Source: Candidatus Riflebacteria bacterium HGW-Riflebacteria-1 (GTDB lineage Bacteria > Muiribacteriota > Ozemobacteria > Ozemobacterales > Ozemobacteraceae). From it: 64,000 bases of DNA. The stretch is from contig PGYB01000006.1 in assembly GCA_002839445.1 (NCBI GenBank), positions 64,001 to 128,000 of the forward strand, read 5' to 3'. Below, piece after piece: positions 56,506 to 64,000 of this stretch. Both the position numbers and the translations under genes were made by a program. How positions within the stretch are numbered: position 1 is the first letter of the stretch; the number at the start of each line of letters is the position of its first letter. The notes under the pieces were generated by a model. The model was not told where the DNA came from and searched no databases. It saw nothing but the letters and a program-made list of their open reading frames with translations.

Positions 56506-56541
56506 GCTTGAAATCTTGAATCTTGAACCTTGAACCTTGAA
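56506..56541. repeat. Tandem heptamer repeats (YCTTGAA) x4-5 immediately upstream of a membrane-protein gene
   Basis: gcttgaa-a-tcttgaa-tcttgaa-ccttgaa-ccttgaa, ending 16 nt before ATG 56557 and overlapping its RBS region. Confidence 0.7.
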
Positions 56542-56556
56542 AGGAACCTGTCTGGT

Positions 56557-56946
56557 ATGAAAGTGTTAGCTGTTTTGACCATGTTCCCGAATCTTCTGAT
56601 ATTGTTCGTTTCTTTCTACTCGCACCTCTTTGCCATACCCCTGATCAAAGATATGCTCGCCAAGCTGTCGCCACTGGCGCAGCAGCGTTACCAGGAAAAT
56701 GTTGTGATAACGATCAGCGGCTACACAGCCGAATTCTGCGACATGCTGTTTAACTGGTGGTTTATCATAATTCCATTACTGGCGCTTTTTTTAAACCTGG
56801 TTTTCTATCAGCTGAAGAAAACGAGCGAAATCGCCGCATTTGCCAGCGTGTTGTTATTGATCACGCTGGCTTCGACAGTTTCTTTTTTGAGCATGTCAGT
56901 GAATTCGCTGGCAGTCTTCATGCTCGTAGCCAATTTTATAAAGTAG
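56557..56946 (+). CDS. Small integral membrane protein, hypothetical
   Basis: AAGGAA RBS. Four hydrophobic helices. The ORF-track start 56530 is a TTG inside the repeat tract. Confidence 0.5.
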   Translation: MKVLAVLTMFPNLLILFVSFYSHLFAIPLIKDMLAKLSPLAQQRYQENVVITISGYTAEFCDMLFNWWFIIIPLLALFLNLVFYQLKKTSEIAAFASVLLLITLASTVSFLSMSVNSLAVFMLVANFIK

Positions 56947-57038
56947 TCCAGAACTTAAGGTGTTCTGACAACAAAATGTGACAGAATGATCTGTTGCGCG
57001 ACCACGCCCCTGGATGTGGCGGTGATGAAATTGTCTGA

Positions 57039-58028
57039 TTATTCGCTGGTAGCCCAGTCAATGACCTTTTTGGCCCGCCACGGCAGTGACATCAGATTGG
57101 TTTTGCGCAGATGACGATGGAAAGTCTCAAGCTCTTTAAACTTTGCAGGGTCCGGGTTCCGGCCTACAACGGCGCTGAGGGCCTGCTGGCTTACTTCGTT
57201 CCAAGATTTAATCCAGTAGCGAAATTGTGGAACAGAGAGAACGGTCAGTTCCTTGACGTCTTTTTTGACCAGCCCCTGCAGCTGATTAAGATATTCTGGA
57301 GTGATAGCTCTGGTAACATTCTGAATACCGCTCGAAACACAGTTTGCTCCGAAAATATTGTATTTCTGAAATATTAGTTCATCACCACGATCCGGGTGTT
57401 CAGCTCTGAGCGCCCGCAGATGGGTCATGGCGGCCAGTCGCGCGCACTCTTCAACATGGGCGAGGAAAAACAGCTGCAGATCAAGTTTTTTCGGGTTCAC
57501 CACATGGCGGAATTTGCTATTCAGCGGGCTGCGGCTTTCGTAATATTCAAGCGAGAAAACGCGCATCTGAATGAGCTGCATACCAACAATGCCCTGAACG
57601 CTGAAATCCTTTTCTGGTCCGGTGCCCATTAATAGTCCCCTGATCTTTTTGGTCTGCCCGCTGCTATTTTTGATTGTGACTTCTTCTTTAAAATTAAAAA
57701 TAGTGGCAAAATGAAAGGCTCCCGGAAGAATCGGCAGATTAAGAATTTCGCTGCTGGAAATCTGATCGAGTCTGAAAGTGCCGCTCCAGAGTTCTTTGCT
57801 GTCATGAATACTGAAAAGCTTTACTGCCTGTCCTTCAGCTATGGCTCCAACTGTCGAAACTCTGTCAGTTTTGGGAAAAAGCAGACGTCGGGCGTAGCCA
57901 TTCTGCAGAACTGTGTTTTTAATGCTCTCAGCCAGGTCGTCGTTGCAGAATTCGAATCCTGATGCAAAGACCGGGGAAAGAGCAAGCAGAAGTGTCAGGG
58001 TTAAAACAAATTTCAATGTTTTTTTCAT
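57039..58028 (-). CDS. Secreted hypothetical protein, lower GC than surrounding genes
   Basis: Signal peptide MKKTLKFVLTLTLLLALSPVFASG. No recognisable motif. Confidence 0.55.
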   Translation of the reverse strand: MKKTLKFVLTLTLLLALSPVFASGFEFCNDDLAESIKNTVLQNGYARRLLFPKTDRVSTVGAIAEGQAVKLFSIHDSKELWSGTFRLDQISSSEILNLPILPGAFHFATIFNFKEEVTIKNSSGQTKKIRGLLMGTGPEKDFSVQGIVGMQLIQMRVFSLEYYESRSPLNSKFRHVVNPKKLDLQLFFLAHVEECARLAAMTHLRALRAEHPDRGDELIFQKYNIFGANCVSSGIQNVTRAITPEYLNQLQGLVKKDVKELTVLSVPQFRYWIKSWNEVSQQALSAVVGRNPDPAKFKELETFHRHLRKTNLMSLPWRAKKVIDWATSE

Positions 58029-58180
58029 CTGAAAATCTTACCTCGCTAAAAATACTAAAAATATTATAACAAATTTTTAGCCAGTCGTGTTGTATACCAA
58101 GTCCATACTTGACTACCCACTTAGCCTATTTTCCGCGGCCACGAAAACACTTAAAAAAATCTCCAGGCGTGAGCTATTTG

Positions 58181-58210
58181 CTTGCCCGCTTACCCGCTTG
58201 CCCGCTTGCG
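58181..58210. repeat. Tandem octamer repeats (CTTGCCCG) about 3.75 copies
   Basis: cttgcccg-cttacccg-cttgcccg-cttgcg between ChrA and the secreted hypothetical gene. Confidence 0.65.
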
Positions 58211-58253
58211 TATCTGCGCAACTGAAGCCATTTCCTGAGAACGGCCGCAGCAC

Positions 58254-59393
58254 TTAAATCAGACGCAGAAGATAGCCGGCAAGTGAACCCCATATGACCA
58301 CCCAGGCGGCGTTCAGCTTTTTCCAACGATAACTCATGGCAAAAGCGCCAATGGCAATAATTAACAACCGCCAGTCTGCTGCCAACCCATAACCAAGATC
58401 AAGAATTACAGCAGCCATAAGCCCGACGGAAGCGACATTTACCGCATCAAGAAAGCGCGCCGCTGCTGGCGAACGGCGTAGATATGGCAAAACCGGGTTC
58501 AGCAGCAGAACAAAGAAAAAGGACGGTAAAAAAATACCTATAGTCGCAGCAGCTGCGCCTTCTATGCCAGCAATCTGATAACCGACAAAAGTTGCGGTTG
58601 AAAGCACCGGACCAGGAGTGAACTGGCCGATGGCGATAGAATCCATAAGCACCTGAGGGGTCAACCAGCCGAGTTTATGCACCAGCTCATCATTGAGAAA
58701 GGCGACAAGGACATAACCGCTGCCGAAGAGAACTGCGCCAATTTTAAGAAAGACCAGAAACAGATGCGAGGTGGTCACCGCAACCGCCGGAAGCGCAACC
58801 GCGCTGCCAGCACCGAGAATCGGCACCGCTACCTGCATGAGTGCGCCAACAGAGATTTTCGCCGGTGAGCGGTTGATCATGCCGACAACTCCCAGGCCGA
58901 GAATGACAGCAACAGCAGGCAGGCCCAGCAGTGAAAGAATTATGGCGACCAGCCCCAGGCCGGCAAGCATGCGACTACTCACTGCTTTGCGCCCAAGAGT
59001 GATAACCGCATTGCAGATTATCACAAGAACAGCGGCCTTGATGCCGAAAAAAAATGGTTCCACATCAGGCAGTGCGCCATATTGCGCGTAAAACCAGGCG
59101 ATCAGGCCGGTTAACAGAACGGCCGGTATGATGAAGCAGATTCCGGCAAGCAGCAACCCGGCTGCTCCAGCTCGAATATAGCCGCAGTGAATTGCCATTT
59201 CGGTAGAATTCGGGCCCGGAATCAGGTTGGTTACGCCTACCAGATCGAGAAACTGCTGCTCAGTCATCCATTGGCGGCGCTGAACGACTTCTTCCTGCAT
59301 CATGGCAATATGAGCCGCCGGGCCGCCAAAAGCCATTATTCCCAGCTTGAAAAACACTCCAGCAACTTCACGCAATCTGCAGAAATCAGTCAT
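58254..59393 (-). CDS. chrA: Chromate transporter (full-length, two CHR halves)
   Basis: MAFGGPAAHIAMMQEEVV... and a repeated GxxxFGGG-type half. About 380 aa with about 12 TM helices. Confidence 0.85.
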   Translation of the reverse strand: MTDFCRLREVAGVFFKLGIMAFGGPAAHIAMMQEEVVQRRQWMTEQQFLDLVGVTNLIPGPNSTEMAIHCGYIRAGAAGLLLAGICFIIPAVLLTGLIAWFYAQYGALPDVEPFFFGIKAAVLVIICNAVITLGRKAVSSRMLAGLGLVAIILSLLGLPAVAVILGLGVVGMINRSPAKISVGALMQVAVPILGAGSAVALPAVAVTTSHLFLVFLKIGAVLFGSGYVLVAFLNDELVHKLGWLTPQVLMDSIAIGQFTPGPVLSTATFVGYQIAGIEGAAAATIGIFLPSFFFVLLLNPVLPYLRRSPAAARFLDAVNVASVGLMAAVILDLGYGLAADWRLLIIAIGAFAMSYRWKKLNAAWVVIWGSLAGYLLRLI

Positions 59394-59434
59394 TGTATTT
59401 ATCTCCGTTCAGACAACCGCTTCTGTATGCCTGC

Positions 59435-60655
59435 TCAACGAGCTTTAAGCTGCTTCTCGACGGCTTTTGCCTGGCGATTGCGGCATTCCATGCTTATGCG
59501 CGCGCAACCGTTAAAAGCGGCGAATTCGATTATTCTGCCCGCCAGCGCTCCGGCAAGTGTTTTGCTGGCAGCTGCATTGGCCGGGAAATCTGCCAGATGA
59601 AGGTTTTTAACGATAAGTTCTTTGTGCGCCCGATCGGCCTTCGCGTCAATCGAACCGATCAGCTCGGTTCCAGCCAGGATCGGGCATGAGAAATAACCAA
59701 ACCTTCTTTTTGCCTCAGGAACATAACACTCAAAAACATAGTCAAAAGCGAAAATCTTTTTGATGAAATCGCGGCGAATAACCATGTTATCAAACGGCGA
59801 CAGAATGTGGATCTGCCGCCCCAGTTCATCGAGATCTGCCTTTTTTGCCGCGCGTGCTGGCATTGTTTTCTTTACTGCTGATTTAAGCGCATACCAGGGT
59901 TCGGTAATGTTTTCGATTGCAAGCTGAACAGCTTCTTTTTCTTCGATCATGGCGTTAAGCGCGGCTGTAGCTGCCGCCTTGTCTTTGACGAACCAGAGCA
60001 GTTCGGCCTTGCCGGCAACGCCCAGCGTGCGCAGCACGCGCGTCACATGATGGCGGTGGGTTTCTTCACAGCTCGGCATCGAAGTGTCGGGTTTTTCGGC
60101 AGCCTGCGCCAGCACGCGTTCGCTGAGTTCGTAGTAACGTCTGAAGTTTTTGCGGTGCGAAATCATCAGTTCGCCCTGCCAGTAGAGTACTTCGAGCACC
60201 TGTTTTGCCGGCTTGCGGTTCCACCAGCCGCCGCTGAATCCGGCCGGGGCGTCAAATTCAGCTGCTGAAAGCGGGCCTTCTGCCGTGATGCGGCGGCGGA
60301 TTTCTTTTGCCAGCTGCTTGTTGGCGGCAAGTATTTCGCGACAGTCTTCGCGTTCGCGAAAGCGCTGCATGATCGGCAGTGCGAAGCGATAATCCTGCAT
60401 TGGCAGATATGACATCGCGTGCGCCCAGTATTCAAAGATTACATGCTGCTTCGCGTGCAGTTCTTCGAGTTCAGGCGGCCTGAAATGCGGGCAGCGCGAC
60501 CACAGGGTATGATGGTGCGCCCTTTCGATAACGTTGATCGAATCGATCTGCACGTAGCCGAGATGGTTGATGACCTCAATGGTCGAGCCATTAGAGCCGG
60601 TCAGCCCCTGCTGTCTGAGCACGATCTCGCGTGCTTCTGAATTTGAAATCTTCAC
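59435..60655 (-). CDS. YcaQ/AlkZ-like winged-helix DNA glycosylase family protein (DUF1006)
   Basis: VQIDSINVIERAHHHTLWSR matches the YcaQ family QxQ/HxxLW signature region. Confidence 0.65.
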   Translation of the reverse strand: MKISNSEAREIVLRQQGLTGSNGSTIEVINHLGYVQIDSINVIERAHHHTLWSRCPHFRPPELEELHAKQHVIFEYWAHAMSYLPMQDYRFALPIMQRFREREDCREILAANKQLAKEIRRRITAEGPLSAAEFDAPAGFSGGWWNRKPAKQVLEVLYWQGELMISHRKNFRRYYELSERVLAQAAEKPDTSMPSCEETHRHHVTRVLRTLGVAGKAELLWFVKDKAAATAALNAMIEEKEAVQLAIENITEPWYALKSAVKKTMPARAAKKADLDELGRQIHILSPFDNMVIRRDFIKKIFAFDYVFECYVPEAKRRFGYFSCPILAGTELIGSIDAKADRAHKELIVKNLHLADFPANAAASKTLAGALAGRIIEFAAFNGCARISMECRNRQAKAVEKQLKAR

Positions 60656-60835
60656 CTGCCGATGTCTCCAGGCTGTAACGTTCTGCGGCCAGTATTATAA
60701 CTCAAAATAATTCCATTTTTCGCCTGATATTTCACAATTTGCTAAGCGACTTGGCAAAAAAAATCTGATTTCCTGCGCCGGATGTGTGATATTTTTGAAA
60801 AAAGCTCATCTGATTTTCAGAGCAGGAGGCGGCAA

Positions 60836-61681
60836 ATGCAGGAATATCGAACAATAGCAAGAGTGGTCACCGGCATGGAAACCACTGACGGCGCTGGCGT
60901 CAGGCTGGTGCGTGTATTTGGCAATCGTGATGTTGTTGATTTTGACCCGTTTCTGATGATGGACGCTTTTGATAACACGAAACCGGAACAATACATCAAG
61001 GGGTTTCCGTGGCACCCGCACCGTGGCATCGAGACGATTACCTACCTGATCGAAGGAAACGTCGAACACGGCGACAGCCTTGGCAACAAGGGCAATATTT
61101 ATGATGGCGACTGCCAGTGGATGACCGCCGGCAGTGGCATCATCCATCAGGAAATGCCGCAGCCGCCAGGAAAAATGCTCGGCGTACAGATCTGGCTCAA
61201 TCTTCCAGCCAAGGACAAGATGACCGCGCCGGCTTATGGCGATATCGTTGCGGCGAATGTGCCGCATATCGACGATCAGGGCTGTGAAGTGCGCCTGATT
61301 GCCGGCAGACACAAGGGTCGCGACGGGGCATTTACCGGTCGCTACATCAAGCCGCTGTTCATGGACGTAAAGGTGCCGCCCCAAAAAACCTGGGAGCTCG
61401 ACACCGTAGCCGAGCAGACTCTTTATACCTATACATTTTCTGGTTCTGGCAGCTTTGAGGCTGACTCAAAGAAGGTTCACGGCAGCAAGGTAACTCTGCT
61501 GTTCAAGCCGGGCAAGAAACTTCGGGTAAGCGCCGGGGCCGATGAACTGCGCTTCATTGTGCTTTCCGCGCCTCCGTTGAAAGAATCAGTAGCCTGGGGC
61601 GGGCCGATTGTCATGAACACCCAGGCCGAGCTCGATCTCGCTTTCCGCGAACTCGAATCCGGAACCTTTATCAGAACTTGA
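60836..61681 (+). CDS. Pirin-family (bicupin) protein
   Basis: AGGAGG RBS. FPWHPHRGIETITYLIEG...MTAGSGIIHQE metal-binding His motifs. Confidence 0.85.
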   Translation: MQEYRTIARVVTGMETTDGAGVRLVRVFGNRDVVDFDPFLMMDAFDNTKPEQYIKGFPWHPHRGIETITYLIEGNVEHGDSLGNKGNIYDGDCQWMTAGSGIIHQEMPQPPGKMLGVQIWLNLPAKDKMTAPAYGDIVAANVPHIDDQGCEVRLIAGRHKGRDGAFTGRYIKPLFMDVKVPPQKTWELDTVAEQTLYTYTFSGSGSFEADSKKVHGSKVTLLFKPGKKLRVSAGADELRFIVLSAPPLKESVAWGGPIVMNTQAELDLAFRELESGTFIRT

Positions 61682-61851
61682 CTATCACCTGGCTGTTGCC
61701 TTTGGCCAACCAGAGGCATACTGCATGGTAGAATTGCCGTTAAGCTCTGCTGTTCAGTCCAGTTCTTTATCGGCGTCGGGTTGCTGGCAGCTGCTTTGGC
61801 AAAACCGGCTCCAGCACAGCTGTTGAAGCAAGCTTTGCCCGCCCCGGTCGC

Positions 61852-63606
61852 TTATTCTTCGCTGGCGGCGGCTATGGCTTGCTGGATGGTGTTTCTAAGA
61901 TCCCTTAAGCTATAAGGTTTTTGCAGAAAGGCCCGAGGAAGTGCGGAATGTCTGTCTCCCATAACCATGGCTTCATTGTAGCCGCTGGCAAGAATAACCG
62001 GAATTTCGGGTGCAATCTCACGCAGAATCTTCAGGGTTCCCCAGCCGTCCATGCGCGGCATGGTCAGATCACACAGCACGCAGATTATTTTGTCCCGGTG
62101 CCGCTGAAAAAGCTCAATGGCTTCGACACCATCGCTGGCTTCGATGACCTCCAGGCCTATGCTTTTTATTGAGGCTGCCGTCATTTCTCGTATCATCGGC
62201 TCGTCATCGACCACCAATATTTTGCCGACTTTCGCTTTCGCCTTGAGTTTTTGTGATTGTATGTCTTTCAGGGGAGCAGGTTTGTCTGACAGTGGCAGAT
62301 ATACGCGGAAGATACTGCCATGACCAGGCTTGCTCTCCAGCGTGATACAGCCATTATGGCTTTTTACGTGGCCAAGAACAACGGCAAGTCCCAGCCCTCG
62401 ACCGGTGAAGCGGGTCGAGTAAAATGGGTCGAAGAGTTTAGCGATGTCAGCTTTGGCAATACCACAGCCAGTGTCTTTAACTTCCACACAAGCATAATCA
62501 CGTGCTTCTGGCTGAAAGTTACCGGGGAAACGATTAACATCGCTGATCTTCTGCGGGCTCACACTCTTGAAGAAAATTGAGATGGTGCCTTGTTGCTCTG
62601 CTATTGCCTCACGGGCGTTAGTGATCAGGTTGCTCAGGATCTGTTTCAACTGACCGCTGTTTGCGCTGACGGCCAGAGCAAAAGCAGGAAGAGCCTGTTC
62701 AACGTTTATATTCGGGGGCATGTCTGCGCAGATATCGGCCAGACACTGGCTAAAGGCTTCAGAAAGGTCCAGTGGCGAACGTCTGGTCGAGGTCTGTCCC
62801 AGGTAGGCAAGCATCAATGCGCCAACTTCGGCAGCGCGATTGGCGGCACTCATGGCTAACGACAGTTTCATGGCAGGAAGACTGCCAATTGATGGAAACT
62901 CCATGGCCTGTTCCAGGTTTCCTATGATGATAGTGAGGAGGTTGTTGTAGTGATGTGCGATGCCGGCGGCCATTTGCCCCAGGCTCTCGACTTTCTGTGC
63001 CTGATGAAGCTGGCATTCAAGGTCTAGTCGAACTTTCTCTGCCCGCACGCGCTCGCCGATGTCATTCATGATAATGCAACAGGTGGGAGTATCGTTTTTC
63101 TGAACGAAAGTAGCTCTTAACTGTATCCATATTGGTTGACCATCTGCCTTTACCATACGCAGATCGCATTCCTGATGCGCCTTGGTCGTAAAAAGTGCTT
63201 TACGGTGCAGGTAGTAGATGTCCTGGTCATCGCTCATGATGAACCTGGTAAGTGGTTGTCTGACCACTTCGCTTTTGGTCAAATTCAGCATTGAGGCGGC
63301 GGTGAGGTTGGCTTCCAGGATAATTCCCTCTTCGTTGAGCGTAAGATAGCCAACCGGCGCAAGGTCATAAAAATTGAAATATTGCGCCCGGGAAGCTTCC
63401 AGCTTTAGCTGTGTCGCGCATAATTCCTCGTTCTGCATCTCAAGCTCAATCTGGTGCACTTCTAGTTCGTGAAGTTTCTTATATATTTCTTCAGGCGATA
63501 AATCCGGGTCGCTTTCGCGTGATTTAAATGATTTTTTGCCGAGTTTCTGTTCGGCTGCTGCGCGTATTCTGGTTAAATTGTCAGGCGGGGTTTTGTTATT
63601 TGTCAT
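61852..63606 (-). CDS. Hybrid sensor histidine kinase (PAS - HisKA - HATPase_c - receiver)
   Basis: H-box AAGIAHHYNNLL, N box and G boxes (DTGCGI, GRGLGL). C-terminal receiver domain (VLVVDDEP...CDLTMP). Confidence 0.8.
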   Translation of the reverse strand: MTNNKTPPDNLTRIRAAAEQKLGKKSFKSRESDPDLSPEEIYKKLHELEVHQIELEMQNEELCATQLKLEASRAQYFNFYDLAPVGYLTLNEEGIILEANLTAASMLNLTKSEVVRQPLTRFIMSDDQDIYYLHRKALFTTKAHQECDLRMVKADGQPIWIQLRATFVQKNDTPTCCIIMNDIGERVRAEKVRLDLECQLHQAQKVESLGQMAAGIAHHYNNLLTIIIGNLEQAMEFPSIGSLPAMKLSLAMSAANRAAEVGALMLAYLGQTSTRRSPLDLSEAFSQCLADICADMPPNINVEQALPAFALAVSANSGQLKQILSNLITNAREAIAEQQGTISIFFKSVSPQKISDVNRFPGNFQPEARDYACVEVKDTGCGIAKADIAKLFDPFYSTRFTGRGLGLAVVLGHVKSHNGCITLESKPGHGSIFRVYLPLSDKPAPLKDIQSQKLKAKAKVGKILVVDDEPMIREMTAASIKSIGLEVIEASDGVEAIELFQRHRDKIICVLCDLTMPRMDGWGTLKILREIAPEIPVILASGYNEAMVMGDRHSALPRAFLQKPYSLRDLRNTIQQAIAAASEE

Positions 63607-63860
63607 CGCTTCCCTACGTCAACTAAGGCTTATGCATGGAACGAAGATGTTTTATCTGTTTCGGCAGCTGCAAAGAAAGCAGCCTGCGTCAGTGCTGCTT
63701 CTTTGCTTCCGGGCTCATATCACGTTGTTCCTCTTGCGATCTCACAGGCTAGGCAGACGCTGTTTTTTACAGTTTTTATGAATGGTCTGTCGTAGCAAAC
63801 GAATTCTATCACCCAGATATCTATGAGTCAACCGCATTGATCGACCGCAGAATTCATAAT

Positions 63861-64000
63861 TCAATGATTACTATTCTGGTAGCTCAGAATGGGTTTAACG
63901 CGCTCAAAGATAAAACGCGGTCCGCCGAGGTGAATCTTGCGTTTCGCTGCCCAGACGCAGAGGCGGCCTTCGAGATTATCGACGACTTTTTTCTCGTGTT
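63861..64000 (-). CDS. 3' end of an unidentified gene; the rest lies beyond the window edge
   Basis: Minus-strand frame open from the window edge: ...HEKKVVDNLEGRLCVWAAKRKIHLGGPRFIFERVKPILSYQNSNH*. Confidence 0.3.
   Translation of the reverse strand, partial: HEKKVVDNLEGRLCVWAAKRKIHLGGPRFIFERVKPILSYQNSNH

Overview
This 64 kb window is chromosomal DNA, apparently from a Gram-negative (proteobacteria-like) bacterium, and is densely coding on both strands. It contains no rRNA or tRNA genes, no CRISPR array and no recognisable transposase or integrase. Recognisable genes include a thrA-thrB-thrC operon with bifunctional aspartokinase/homoserine dehydrogenase, a five-gene Opp/YejABEF-type peptide ABC importer next to a prolyl oligopeptidase and a HAD hydrolase, the chromate transporter ChrA, pirin, a YcaQ/AlkZ-like glycosylase, a hybrid histidine kinase, an AsmA-family protein and a GH13 amylase-like protein. 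There are also two L,D-transpeptidase homologues, a VapBC pair, and an orphan HigA next to a decayed HigB. Three gene clusters stand out as possibly uncharacterised systems. The first is a ParB/Srx-domain protein, an SPL-type radical SAM protein and an MTAN-like nucleosidase in one co-directional cluster. The second is a class III nucleotidyl cyclase followed by an ODP/flavodiiron-like MBL-fold protein and a ferritin-like protein. The third is an isolated cassette of three minor-pseudopilin-like genes with Ala instead of Gly at the prepilin -1 position, preceded by a hexamer microsatellite. Other notable features are a prokaryotic pentameric ligand-gated ion channel homologue and a PfaD-type enoyl reductase with an Sfp-type PPTase but no PKS genes nearby. 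Finally, there is a dispersed family of intergenic repeats (CGATTA hexamer tracts plus a conserved 17-mer) and separate 7- and 8-bp tandem repeats. All calls rest on reading the six-frame translations and the raw sequence, without database searches.
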